A DNA stretch of 62,490 nucleotides, filler included. It is 4 parts of 4 records of this genome, joined end to end, with 100 filler letters (N's around TTAATTAATTAA, not from the genome) between each part and the next. Parts side by side here need not be neighbours in the genome. Positions count along the whole stretch, not along the records: positions 27,564 to 32,732 come from SRR20825019_47; positions 32,833 to 57,249 come from SRR20825019_55; 2 more parts are not named here. One strand, written 5' to 3'. The notes under the pieces were generated by a model, which saw only the letters and a list, made by a program, of their open reading frames with translations, ran no database searches and was not told the DNA's origin. Position 1 is the stretch's first letter. Each line of letters starts with the position of its first letter. Made by a program: the position numbers and the translations under genes. Below are positions 30,053 through 40,046 of the stretch, in pieces.

Positions 30053-30095
30053 ACAGATTAATTCCTATATTTAGTTTAATTTCATCAAACTCTCT

Positions 30096-31253
30096 ATGAA
30101 AATGATACGTAAAATTTTCAGAGCCTTCCTATTTATTATCGGAATAACATGGATTGCTCTATATATCTTCGGATATGATTACTTGATAAAAGCCGTTCGT
30201 GTAACCTATTTAACAGGGCATTCCACTGCTTTTATAGATGATTTTAAGTATTTCGACAATCAAATTATTCAGAAAGGAGTTAATCCTCAACCATGGCCAA
30301 AAGCCCCATTCTATCAAAATATAGTATCTGAAAATCTTGACAAACTCAATCAAAAATATGGAACAGCTGCTTTTCTCATTATAAAAAACGATTCTATTTT
30401 TAGAGAAAAATATTATAATGAATACAACGAGATGAGTCGCACAAACTCATTTTCAATGGCAAAAACCCTAGTTGTAACCCTATTACAAAAGGCAATTCAA
30501 GAGGGGTATATAAAGAGTTTAGATCAACCTGTAGCAGATTTTTATAAAGAATTTGATACTCCAGTTGGTAGAAAAATGACTGTTGGAGATCTAGCTTCAA
30601 TGGGCAGTGGTCTCAATTGGGATGAGGCTTATTACAGTCCATTTTCCATCACTACCCGTGCCTACTTTGATGATGACCTAACAAAAATAATTCTCGGATT
30701 AAAAGTAGTTGACACCCCAGGAGAATCTTATAAATACCTAAGTGGTAATACACAATTACTGGCAATGATTATCCAGAAAAGCACTAAACAAAGTTTAGCA
30801 AATTATTTATCCGCTAGTTTTTGGCAACCCATGGGCGCCACAGAAATGGGACTTTGGCAATTAGATAGTAAAGAATCCGGACTCGCAAAGGCTTATTGCT
30901 GTATTGCTGCCACTGCAAGAGATTTTGCTCGCTTTGGCAAGCTCTATAAAGACAATGGTGAATGGAACGGTGTACAACTTTTGGATTCAACTTTTGTTGA
31001 AAAAGCTACAAAACCTAGATTTAAAGACGGACAAATGTATGGCTATGGTTTATGGTTACTAAATAATTACAATGGAAGAGACTTTTTTATGCTCCGAGGT
31101 CATTTAGGTCAGTATGTAATTGTTCAACCAGAGGATAACTTAATTATAGTTCGCTTAGGAGACCAGACCTCATCAGAACAAATAAATTCTTTCAGTAAAG
31201 ACATTTATGAATATATTGATGAATCCTATAAAATAATAAACGATGCTGACTAA
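30096..31253 (+). CDS. Beta-lactamase-like serine hydrolase (AmpC/NylB family)
   Basis: N-terminal TM; SFSMAK (SxxK); YKYLSGNT; ARDFARFG; GHLGQY. Confidence 0.88.
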   Translation: MKMIRKIFRAFLFIIGITWIALYIFGYDYLIKAVRVTYLTGHSTAFIDDFKYFDNQIIQKGVNPQPWPKAPFYQNIVSENLDKLNQKYGTAAFLIIKNDSIFREKYYNEYNEMSRTNSFSMAKTLVVTLLQKAIQEGYIKSLDQPVADFYKEFDTPVGRKMTVGDLASMGSGLNWDEAYYSPFSITTRAYFDDDLTKIILGLKVVDTPGESYKYLSGNTQLLAMIIQKSTKQSLANYLSASFWQPMGATEMGLWQLDSKESGLAKAYCCIAATARDFARFGKLYKDNGEWNGVQLLDSTFVEKATKPRFKDGQMYGYGLWLLNNYNGRDFFMLRGHLGQYVIVQPEDNLIIVRLGDQTSSEQINSFSKDIYEYIDESYKIINDAD

Positions 31254-31956
31254 AATTAGTCTAGAAAATATTTTATTCCTCGATATTGAAACAGTTCCAG
31301 AGCATGATAATTTTGATGCTTTAGACCCTACAAAAAAAGAACTCTGGGCACATAAAACACAATATCAGCGAAAGGAAGATTTTTCACCAGAAGAATTTTA
31401 TGATCGTGCTGGTATTTGGGCGGAATTTGGAATGATTGTTTGTATCTCTGTAGGATATTTTACCTTTAAGGGTAATACAAGAAGCTTTAGAGTTACCTCA
31501 ATTCACGGAGAAGAAAAAGATCTTTTGAACGAATTTAAAAACCTTTTAGAGACTCATTATAACGAACCTTATAAATTACTTTGCGGACATAATGCCAAGG
31601 AATTTGACTTCCCTTTTATTGCAAGAAGAATGATTATTCATGGAATAAAATTACCTACAAAACTTAATTTATTTGGAAAAAAACCTTGGGAAATCCCTCA
31701 TTTAGACACCATGGAACTCTGGAAGTTTGGCGATTATAAGCATTATACTTCTCTTAAGCTACTTACTAATATTTTAAACATCCCATCGCCAAAAGACGAT
31801 ATTGACGGAAGTATGGTTTGCCATGTGTTTTACGTTGAAAAAGATATTGATAAGATTGTAACTTATTGCGAAAAAGATGTCATTGCCGTAGCTCAAATTT
31901 TTCTTCGCTTAAGAGGACAGGATATTTTAGACGATTCAGAAATTAAACATGTCTGA
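31243..31956 (+). CDS. PolB-like 3'-5' exonuclease (DEDDy)
   Basis: LFLDIETVP, GHNAKEFDFPF, YCEKDV. Confidence 0.88.
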   Translation: MLTKISLENILFLDIETVPEHDNFDALDPTKKELWAHKTQYQRKEDFSPEEFYDRAGIWAEFGMIVCISVGYFTFKGNTRSFRVTSIHGEEKDLLNEFKNLLETHYNEPYKLLCGHNAKEFDFPFIARRMIIHGIKLPTKLNLFGKKPWEIPHLDTMELWKFGDYKHYTSLKLLTNILNIPSPKDDIDGSMVCHVFYVEKDIDKIVTYCEKDVIAVAQIFLRLRGQDILDDSEIKHV

Positions 31957-31960
31957 TTTT

Positions 31961-32147
31961 TAGTTGAGAGTTTAAGGTTTAAAGTAAAAAGTTAAATAGT
32001 TATGAAGTTACGTTGTTATGACGTTTGTTGACTATAAAATAGAGAAGTCAATTCGAAAAACTTTCAATCTTTGGATCAAGAGAAAGATTTTTCAATTATC
32101 AACTATAAGCCTTAAACTCTCAACTACAGACTGCCTACTGGGCACTG
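31961..32147. repeat. Intergenic element with a perfect 17-bp inverted repeat inside degenerate 7-nt periodic arrays (MITE-like or empty cassette)
   Basis: tagttgagagtttaagg (31961-31977) and ccttaaactctcaacta (32110-32126); 7-nt periodicity on both arms. Confidence 0.7.
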
Positions 32148-32149
32148 TT

Positions 32150-32731
32150 CTAATTCTTTAAAAACTTGGCTCCAGTCATTTTTCCATTTTCTTGAACTGC
32201 AACTACATAAAGTCCAGATGGAAAACGAGATACATCAATACTTTTATTGTAACCATTTCCTGTAGCTACAATATTTCCTGCCGAATTATAAATTTGGTAA
32301 GCATCGTTAGTAGCAGAAAGTCCGTTAATAGTAATATTATTTACTGTTGGATTTGGATATACACTTATTCTCTTTATATCATCTTGAGTCTTTAGAAGTT
32401 CACTAGCATCCATTGCTGCCAATCTATCTAAAGAGCTTTCTTTACTTGCACTATTTGCAAAACCTCTAACAGTAACATTATCAATGTAAATGCTAGTAGT
32501 CTCATTATAAATTTGTGTTTCTATTTTAAATTGAGTGTTTTCAGAAAATTTAAGCTCTTTGTTTGTAAGAGTTAATGTAGCTTGATAGAAATATCCATTC
32601 GCTACTTCATCATTTATAACATAGGTCTCTAATAAATCCCAACCATTACCATTATTTACAGATACAGATATTTTATCATTATTTTTAATAGCTGTTGCTA
32701 AAACATAGAAGTCTAACGCTATTTTTTCATA
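32150..32731 (-). CDS. T9SS type A sorting-domain protein, C-terminal fragment
   Basis: Frame open to the contig end; beta-sandwich segment ending IYIDNVTVRG; CTD motifs ISVYPNPT, IYNSAG, SGLYVV, KFLKN. Confidence 0.88.
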   Translation of the reverse strand, partial: YEKIALDFYVLATAIKNNDKISVSVNNGNGWDLLETYVINDEVANGYFYQATLTLTNKELKFSENTQFKIETQIYNETTSIYIDNVTVRGFANSASKESSLDRLAAMDASELLKTQDDIKRISVYPNPTVNNITINGLSATNDAYQIYNSAGNIVATGNGYNKSIDVSRFPSGLYVVAVQENGKMTGAKFLKN

Positions 32732-32732
32732 T

Positions 32733-32832
32733 NNNNNNNNNNNNNNNNNNNNNNNNNNNNNNNNNNNNNNNNNNNNTTAATTAATTAANNNNNNNNNNNN
32801 NNNNNNNNNNNNNNNNNNNNNNNNNNNNNNNN
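32733..32832. other. Artificial contig-joining spacer
   Basis: 44 N + TTAATTAATTAA + 44 N. Confidence 0.99.
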
Positions 32833-32833
32833 A

Positions 32834-33232
32834 AGACCAGATATGGCAATGTTTTTATTTACCGATGCTATTTTAAATGATAAACCTATTAAGGTTTTTA
32901 ATGAGGGTAATCTGTCAAGAGATTTCACCTATATTGATGATATTATTAACGGAGTGGTTGCTACTATGCTTACCAAACGGGACGAAATATCAACCCATTC
33001 AATATATAATATAGGCAACAGCAAACCAGTTAAACTACTTGACTTTATAGAAGCTATAGAAAAAGAAACTGGTAAAACGGCTCAAAAAAATATGATTTCA
33101 ATGCAACCCGGTGATGTTATGCAAACTTGGGCGGATACGACAGCATTGTCAAAAGATTTCAATTACGAACCAACTACCTCAATCCAAGACGGAATACGTA
33201 GTTTTGTGAGTTGGTATAAAATGTTTTATTAA
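32834..33232 (+). CDS. NAD-dependent UDP-glucuronate 4-epimerase (CapI/WbnF-like), C-terminal fragment
   Basis: RPDMAMFLFT, RDFTYIDDI, YNIGNSKPV, MQPGDV. Confidence 0.85.
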   Translation, partial: RPDMAMFLFTDAILNDKPIKVFNEGNLSRDFTYIDDIINGVVATMLTKRDEISTHSIYNIGNSKPVKLLDFIEAIEKETGKTAQKNMISMQPGDVMQTWADTTALSKDFNYEPTTSIQDGIRSFVSWYKMFY

Positions 33233-33328
33233 AAAAAACCTGACTGAAACTATATTTTAGTTGAAGTATATACAATTGTGAGGTAGCTTGAAAGTAATAT
33301 TTAAAATCAAACTTAATTCATTTAACAA

Positions 33329-34162
33329 ATGTTTTTAAAAAAAATAATAAAAAAAATAATTTCAGAATACAGGTCTTTAACATGGAAGAGAAGATCTCTT
33401 CCAGATTTTTTAATTGTTGGAGCTCAAAAAGCAGGAACGACAAGCTTATTTTATTACCTATCTCAACATCCTCAAATTGTTTCACCCTATAAAAAGGAGG
33501 TTCATTATTTTGATGGAGGATTAAATCCTAAAATTGATACTTATAAAAAAGGTGAAAAATGGTATAGATCTAATTTTCCATTAAAACCAAAATCTAAGAA
33601 AATTAAAACTTTTGAAGCCTCTCCGTTATATCTTTTTAATCCCTTGGCTCCAAAAAGAATTAAAGAGTTATTACCTAATGTAAAGATAATAATACTTCTT
33701 AGAGATCCAGTAGAGCGAGCAATCTCACAGTATCACCATGAAAATAAAAAAGAAGAATGGGATAACTCTCCTATTGTGACAGCAATGCAAATGGAGGAAG
33801 AAAGAATGAAAACTGCACTTGAATCTAAAGACTATAAAAGTAAAGAATTTATTAAATATTCATATAAAGCTAGAGGAAAGTATGCAGAACAAATTGAAAG
33901 ATATTTTATTCTTTTCCCAAAAAAAAATATACTCATTCTTGAAAGTGACGAATTTTTTCAGAAACCCCAAGAAATTTTAAAGAAAATTTTGAGATTTGTA
34001 GAAGTGGATGATCAATATGAATTTAAAAATTTAACCCCTAAGAATACAGGTAAATATAAAGCTGAGAATGTAAATGATGAAGTGAAAAATTATTTAAAAA
34101 ACTATTTTAATGAGTCTAATAAGGAATTATATGAATTATTAGGCAAAGACTTTAATTGGTAG
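33329..34162 (+). CDS. PAPS-dependent sulfotransferase, heparan-sulfate sulfotransferase-like
   Basis: 5'-PSB loop PDFLIVGAQKAGTTSL; KEVHYFD; EASPLY; 3'-PB LLRDPVERAISQY. Confidence 0.9.
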   Translation: MFLKKIIKKIISEYRSLTWKRRSLPDFLIVGAQKAGTTSLFYYLSQHPQIVSPYKKEVHYFDGGLNPKIDTYKKGEKWYRSNFPLKPKSKKIKTFEASPLYLFNPLAPKRIKELLPNVKIIILLRDPVERAISQYHHENKKEEWDNSPIVTAMQMEEERMKTALESKDYKSKEFIKYSYKARGKYAEQIERYFILFPKKNILILESDEFFQKPQEILKKILRFVEVDDQYEFKNLTPKNTGKYKAENVNDEVKNYLKNYFNESNKELYELLGKDFNW

Positions 34163-34176
34163 TTATTTTATTTAAT

Positions 34177-35040
34177 ATGAAAAAAATGAAGATTCTTTAT
34201 ATACTGTCTGATGTTAGATCCGGCTCTACTTTACTTGAAAATATTTTTTCCTTTAACAATCAAATAAAGTCTGTTGGTGAATTATGTTATTTGGGTAGTT
34301 ACTTAAATAAATGGTCTGTTGGAGAGTCAACGAACTGGAAGTGTTCATGTGGGAAAGATTTTCAAGATTGTGAATATTGGAAAAATGTGCTTGATTTGTT
34401 AAAAGAGAAAGGACACTCAAAAATTACAGACACAAAAATTATAAAGACATTTAATACTTTTCATACTCGTGTTAATATTACTGATTTTAATAAAAACAAA
34501 GAAATTGTTAAATTACTAAACGATGTTTATACAACTGTATTTGATTTAGATGAATGTGAAATTATAGTTGACTCTTCTAAAGATGAGTCACAGTTATTAG
34601 CTTTGTATAAACAAATAGATTTTGATATAAAAGTTGTATATATAAAAAGAGATATTCGAGCGGTAACATCATCAAAATTGAAATGGTCGATTAAACGAGA
34701 AAAGAAAAAAATCAATAAGTTTAAAATTTTAATTCTTTCTAAATTAAAAACTTTCCGTCAAAAATCTGTTTTAAAACACGTTGATGATAAGGATAAAATT
34801 TTTATTAAATATGAAGAATTGGCTCGTAGTCCTCAAGAAACTATAAATCAAATTACACAAAAATTTAATTTAGAAAAGATAAAAGTTCCTGAGTATATGG
34901 AACAAAGAGACGAACATGCAATTGCTGGAACACCAAACCGTTCTAAAAAAAGAAAAATTCAATATGATGATTCTTGGGTAATCGAATCAAAAAAGAACTT
35001 TTTATTTCATATAGTTGGTAATTTTTTCGATAGGATATGA
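34177..35040 (+). CDS. PAPS-dependent sulfotransferase
   Basis: ILYILSDVRSGSTLL, VGEL, CSCG....CEYW, IVDSSK, KRDIRAVTSS, IKYEEL, GTPNR. Confidence 0.85.
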   Translation: MKKMKILYILSDVRSGSTLLENIFSFNNQIKSVGELCYLGSYLNKWSVGESTNWKCSCGKDFQDCEYWKNVLDLLKEKGHSKITDTKIIKTFNTFHTRVNITDFNKNKEIVKLLNDVYTTVFDLDECEIIVDSSKDESQLLALYKQIDFDIKVVYIKRDIRAVTSSKLKWSIKREKKKINKFKILILSKLKTFRQKSVLKHVDDKDKIFIKYEELARSPQETINQITQKFNLEKIKVPEYMEQRDEHAIAGTPNRSKKRKIQYDDSWVIESKKNFLFHIVGNFFDRI

Positions 35041-36506
35041 GTGTTTTTAAACAAATTAAAAATGGTGGTTTATGGAGTGCACTCGAAACTGGCGGTATGA
35101 TTCTTTGCCAGTTTTTGTATATAATCTTTATGGCAAGATTTCTCGATAAAGCTGATTTTGGTTTGATGGCTATTGTCAATGCAATATTGAATATAGGTAG
35201 TATTATTACAGACGGAGGAATGGGGGCGGCATTGATTCAAAAACAAGGAATTACTAATAAACATAAAAATGCAGCACTTCAAGGAGGTTTTTTATTAGGG
35301 TCCATATTTTTTCTAACTTTTTTACTTGGAGCAGAGGAGATTGCTCATTTTTTTAACAATGCACAACTGCCTAATCTATTGCGAGTCAGCGCTATAAGTT
35401 TTATTTTCTTATCACTTAGTAGTGTGTCTTTAAACTTATTATATAAAAGCTTCAACTTCCGTTATACATCAATAGTTGCGTTAATTTCAATCTTTGTCGG
35501 TTATACTATAGGTGTTATAATGGGGTTTTATGGATATGGTGTTTGGTCTTTGGTTTTTGCTTCATTAACCGTTACTCTATTAAAAACAATAGGATATTTT
35601 TATTTTGCACCTATTAAAATTAAATATGGTTTTTATTTTAAAGAGTGGAAAGAATTATTTGGATTTGGTTCTGGTATGATTTTATTAAAATTTAGTACTT
35701 ATTTGAGTAATGGAGGAGTTAATTTACTTTTAGCAAAAACACTTCCGGTGAGTACATTAGGGGTTTTTGAAAGAAGTTCTCAGATTAAATCTTTACCTAG
35801 TAAGCATTTAGGAGATATATTAAATAAAGTAATGTTTCCTATTATGTCTCAAATTCAAGATGAGAAAGAAAGGCTTTTTAAAGTGTTCTATTATGGGTTA
35901 GGAATCAGTAACTCCATTTTATTTCCATTGACCCTTTATCTTGTTTTTTTTAGTAACGAAATTGTTATTATTATGTTGGGAGACAAGTGGACAGAGGCCG
36001 TAATTCCCTTGCAAATTATGTTTTTAGTTTTGCCATTTGCCATATCCAACCGAATGGCAGATTCTGCGATTAGAGCTAAAGGCTTAATTTATAAAAATGT
36101 AGTTAGAAAGTGTATTTATATCGTAGTATTATTATCGTCTACATTTATTTTAGGATATTACTATGGGATTATAGGTGCTGCCATTGCTGTAACTGGAAGT
36201 TATATTTTTAATTACCTTCTAATGATTCACTTAATTAAAAATATCTTTAAAAAGACATTTAAAGAAATTTTTTATGTGTCGTTACGAGAATCATTAAGAC
36301 TGACTTTTTTGGTAGGAATACTTCTTTTACTTTATCATTTTACTGTTCAGTTCTTTACTATAAATTATTTAATAACTTTTTCTGTTTTTTCAATTTTAAT
36401 GGTTTTCTCTGTAGGAGGATTAGTTCTTACAAAACCCAAGTTTTTTGGTACGTTTATCAATGATTTAGTTATATCATTCAAAAAGAAAAAAATAAAGAAA
36501 TTGTAA
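35037..36506 (+). CDS. wzx: Wzx polysaccharide flippase (WzxC-like)
   Basis: Multi-TM; MARFL..ADFGL, GMGAALIQK, GVWSLV, LGDKW. Confidence 0.88.
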   Translation: MSVFKQIKNGGLWSALETGGMILCQFLYIIFMARFLDKADFGLMAIVNAILNIGSIITDGGMGAALIQKQGITNKHKNAALQGGFLLGSIFFLTFLLGAEEIAHFFNNAQLPNLLRVSAISFIFLSLSSVSLNLLYKSFNFRYTSIVALISIFVGYTIGVIMGFYGYGVWSLVFASLTVTLLKTIGYFYFAPIKIKYGFYFKEWKELFGFGSGMILLKFSTYLSNGGVNLLLAKTLPVSTLGVFERSSQIKSLPSKHLGDILNKVMFPIMSQIQDEKERLFKVFYYGLGISNSILFPLTLYLVFFSNEIVIIMLGDKWTEAVIPLQIMFLVLPFAISNRMADSAIRAKGLIYKNVVRKCIYIVVLLSSTFILGYYYGIIGAAIAVTGSYIFNYLLMIHLIKNIFKKTFKEIFYVSLRESLRLTFLVGILLLLYHFTVQFFTINYLITFSVFSILMVFSVGGLVLTKPKFFGTFINDLVISFKKKKIKKL

Positions 36507-36528
36507 GTAAAGAATTTAATTTAGTTCT

Positions 36529-37671
36529 ATGAAGATTCTTCTAATTAGTAGTTATCCAAATAATCACCATAATAGTCGTTCTATTTTTGTTTATCGATTA
36601 ATGCAATCATTAGCAAAATTAGGATGTACAATTGTAGTAGTTTCTCCTGAAAATTGGCGGGATAAAAACAAAGAATATATTAAGCAACCAGGTGATCAGG
36701 AATACGGCTATGAAGCGGCAACAGTTTATCGCCCAAAATATTTTGATTTTCCAAACCGAATTAGAATAGGAAAATACTCCTTAGGAAGATTTAATACAAT
36801 TCCACATAAAAAAGCAGTTTATAAAACACTTAAAAACTTAGATTTTAAACCTGATATTATTTATTCGCATTTTTTATACCGATCTGGTCCCGCAGCGATT
36901 ATGGCAGCAAAACATTTTAATGTCCCAGCCGTTGTCGCTTTAGGAGAATCATCTTTGGAAAAACATGAAAGTATCTTTGGGAAAAAAAATATGCGAAAGC
37001 TTATTAATCAATTTTCAGGTATTATAAGTGTTTCCCATAAGAATAAAAACTATTGTGTAGAAGAATTGTGTGTGCCACATGATAAAATACAAGTATTTCC
37101 TAATACGGTAAATCATGAAGTCTTTTATCCTCGGGATAAATTTGAAATGAGAAAAAAATACAAGCTCCCACACGATAAGTTTATTGTCGCTTTTACGGGT
37201 CATTTTATAGAACGTAAAGGACCATTACGTGTATTGGAAGCAATCAATGGGTTAAATGATGATATCGGAGCGGTATTTATTGGAAGTGGCAAACAAGAAC
37301 CTATTGGAGAAAAAGTATTATTTAAAGGAAAGGTTACCCATAAACAAGTAGGAGAGCTTTTGAGTGCGAGTGATGTTTTTGTTTTACCAACTACAAACGA
37401 AGGGTCTTGTAATGCGGTGGTAGAAGCTATGGCTTGTGGGTTGCCGATTGTGAGCTCCAATATTGAAGCTATCAACGAACAAGTAAGTCAAGATAATGGT
37501 ATACTATGCCACCCTGAAAATATAACGGAAATAAGAAAGGCTATTCAAACATTATATACTGATAAAAAATTAATAGAGAAAAAAAGAATAGCGGCATTAA
37601 AAACTGCAAAATCCTCATCATTAGAAATTAGAGCAACGGGTATTTTAAATTTTTTAAAAAAACAAATCTGA
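36529..37671 (+). CDS. Glycosyltransferase family 4
   Basis: GHFIERKG; SDVFVLPTTNEGSCNAVVEAMACGLP (EX7E). Confidence 0.9.
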   Translation: MKILLISSYPNNHHNSRSIFVYRLMQSLAKLGCTIVVVSPENWRDKNKEYIKQPGDQEYGYEAATVYRPKYFDFPNRIRIGKYSLGRFNTIPHKKAVYKTLKNLDFKPDIIYSHFLYRSGPAAIMAAKHFNVPAVVALGESSLEKHESIFGKKNMRKLINQFSGIISVSHKNKNYCVEELCVPHDKIQVFPNTVNHEVFYPRDKFEMRKKYKLPHDKFIVAFTGHFIERKGPLRVLEAINGLNDDIGAVFIGSGKQEPIGEKVLFKGKVTHKQVGELLSASDVFVLPTTNEGSCNAVVEAMACGLPIVSSNIEAINEQVSQDNGILCHPENITEIRKAIQTLYTDKKLIEKKRIAALKTAKSSSLEIRATGILNFLKKQI

Positions 37672-37684
37672 TGATTGATTTATC

Positions 37685-38902
37685 ATGAAGAAAAATTTGG
37701 CATATAAAATAAAGATTATTAGTCTTTGCTTATTTGTATTCTCATTGGGAATAGAATATTGGGATCCTTTTGGTTTTCGTAATATTTTTACAATAACAAA
37801 GTTTGCAGGACTGTTATATGCTTTCTTCTCTTTTTTTGATATTAAAAGAAATTTTGCCATAACCAAACAAAATAAGCTATTGGTTTATAGCAGTTTAATT
37901 TTATGGTTTTGGTTAACCTTTGTTACTTTAATAAGTTCATCTTTGATTGGTGAAGACATATTTTTATTTCTGGGAGTTTTACAGGTTATAATCCTATTTT
38001 GGCTAGTTTTTAATGATGTAATGAATAATCCCAAAGTTCGAAATTATGTTTTTTTATCTTTTATTTCAGGAATTGTTTTCATTTCTATATTACTCTCTTT
38101 TGGAATAGGAATAGAAGATAATAAAGGAGACCTTATTAATGATATAGATAACACTCGAATATATTTTATGGGAATGAATCCCAATAGAATTGGCGATTTA
38201 GCAGCTATTGCAGTTTTATTAGTTTTTTCGATTGTTTTTTCAGGGAAAAATAGCAATAAACTGAGGTATTTGTTATTATTAACTATACCCAGTCTCTTAT
38301 CAATTATTGGTTTTAGTGGATCGCGAGGTTCTTTTATTCTTGTTTTCTTAGGATTAGGTGTTTTTTTTATGTTAAAAAAGAGCAAGGCTTTTCAGAAAAT
38401 TTTATTTATAATAATAGGAGTGGTTTCTGGGGTTCTTATCAATAATTTCATGAGTAATTTTGACCTTCTTCAGAAAAGACTGGCAAGTAGTTTAAATAGC
38501 GGAGAAGCAGGAGGAAGGATTGAAATATGGGAAGATGTATTTAATATAATACAAGAAAATCTAATTTTTGGAGTAGGACATGGAGGTTACGGTTTTAAAA
38601 TGGCTCAGATATATGGTGTGCCTAAAGACTCCCATAATTTGTTTTTATTTGTTTGGGCTGTTGGTGGTACAATTGGATTGGTTATTTTATTAATTTTCTA
38701 TACAAAAGTTTTTAAAAACAGTTGGTTTAATTTAAGAATAAACGGTGACGCTACGAATTTGATGATTCTTGCTGCTGCATTATTAATTGTTTTTAAATCT
38801 GGAGGGGCAATTGATTTAAAAGTGATTTGGCTTATGCTTGCTTGCATTACTGCTGTTGAATATAGTAATGGTTCTTTTAAGAAAAAATTAAATAATATAT
38901 AA
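37685..38902 (+). CDS. Wzy polymerase / O-antigen ligase family membrane protein
   Basis: About 10-12 TM; NPNRIG, SGSRG, GRIEIW, FGVGHGG, SHNLFL. Confidence 0.85.
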   Translation: MKKNLAYKIKIISLCLFVFSLGIEYWDPFGFRNIFTITKFAGLLYAFFSFFDIKRNFAITKQNKLLVYSSLILWFWLTFVTLISSSLIGEDIFLFLGVLQVIILFWLVFNDVMNNPKVRNYVFLSFISGIVFISILLSFGIGIEDNKGDLINDIDNTRIYFMGMNPNRIGDLAAIAVLLVFSIVFSGKNSNKLRYLLLLTIPSLLSIIGFSGSRGSFILVFLGLGVFFMLKKSKAFQKILFIIIGVVSGVLINNFMSNFDLLQKRLASSLNSGEAGGRIEIWEDVFNIIQENLIFGVGHGGYGFKMAQIYGVPKDSHNLFLFVWAVGGTIGLVILLIFYTKVFKNSWFNLRINGDATNLMILAAALLIVFKSGGAIDLKVIWLMLACITAVEYSNGSFKKKLNNI

Positions 38903-38966
38903 TCATACATAAAAACAATAAGCGTATCATTAACTCAACAAGCTTATATAAGCTCCGTTACTAATT

Positions 38967-40046
38967 ATGAAAAACAAACAAATATTATATATACCAGGAC
39001 AAGATATTTCTATCGACGATGGTTCTGGAATTAATGAAAGAAATTTTGTAAATACACTGCTAGCTAATGAGGTTAATGTATTGATACCAAAACCTGCTAA
39101 TACTACTATATTATCAAATACAACTGCTTATAAAAACTTACATAGTACTACTTGTACAATAAGTAAGAAAAATCCTTTTATGTACTTATATTATATTTAC
39201 CAACAAATTGGTGATATAAAACGAATTGTTAAAGAAAATGATATAGCTATAGTTATATTTAGATTAGGATTTTTTCCATTAGATATTCTTTATGTAAAGA
39301 AAATATTAAAAAAAAGAGTGTTTTTAAAACACTTAACTTTCTTAAGCTCCTCTCAAAAACAAAACGTACAACTAAAAATTGTAGGTGTATTAAGATCACT
39401 ATTTGTAAGAAAAAATTTGATCGATGGATGCGATACTCCTTCGTATATGACTAAGCAGTATGTTCAAAAATATTATAAGCTAGATAATATTCACATAGCT
39501 AAAAATGGCACTCCAAAAATTGAGGTAAACAGGATAGAACTATCTAAAAGAAAAGATTATATCTATATAGGAAGATTAAGTAATGCTAGAAATACACCTT
39601 ATTTATTGGAATCATTTTCTAAATCTAATAAAAGTATAGATATTTTTGGGTTTGGTGAATTGGAAGATCTAACTATTGAATATTCCAAGAAATACGAAAA
39701 CATTAATTTTCATGGCAAAGTAGCATATAATGAAATAATAAAAATTTTACCAAATTATAAATTTGGTATAGATTTAACGTATGTTCAGACTGAATTTGGC
39801 AAAGCTTCCTATTCCCAAAAAATAGCACAATATTTAGCGTATGGGTTAAACGCTATAGTGGTTGATTGTCCCGACAATATGTTTATTAAAGAAAATGATT
39901 GTGGTATTTTATTTGACCCTGAAAAAGGGGACTTAGATACCCTTCTCAATCATATAGAATATCAGCGTTTTGATCCTTTGGCTATTGGAAAGTATATATA
40001 TGCAGATGAGATAGTACAAAGTTTAATACAGTTTTGGAAAAAATGA
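38967..40046 (+). CDS. Divergent GT-B glycosyltransferase (GT4-like)
   Basis: YIYIGRL, IFGFG, FHGKV, QKIAQYLAYG; locus context. Confidence 0.7.
   Translation: MKNKQILYIPGQDISIDDGSGINERNFVNTLLANEVNVLIPKPANTTILSNTTAYKNLHSTTCTISKKNPFMYLYYIYQQIGDIKRIVKENDIAIVIFRLGFFPLDILYVKKILKKRVFLKHLTFLSSSQKQNVQLKIVGVLRSLFVRKNLIDGCDTPSYMTKQYVQKYYKLDNIHIAKNGTPKIEVNRIELSKRKDYIYIGRLSNARNTPYLLESFSKSNKSIDIFGFGELEDLTIEYSKKYENINFHGKVAYNEIIKILPNYKFGIDLTYVQTEFGKASYSQKIAQYLAYGLNAIVVDCPDNMFIKENDCGILFDPEKGDLDTLLNHIEYQRFDPLAIGKYIYADEIVQSLIQFWKK

Noticed and set aside
31961-32147. Possible CRISPR array or IS element
   Set aside because: Repeat units are 7-8 nt and degenerate with no spacers, and there is no cas or transposase gene; kept only as a MITE-like repeat.
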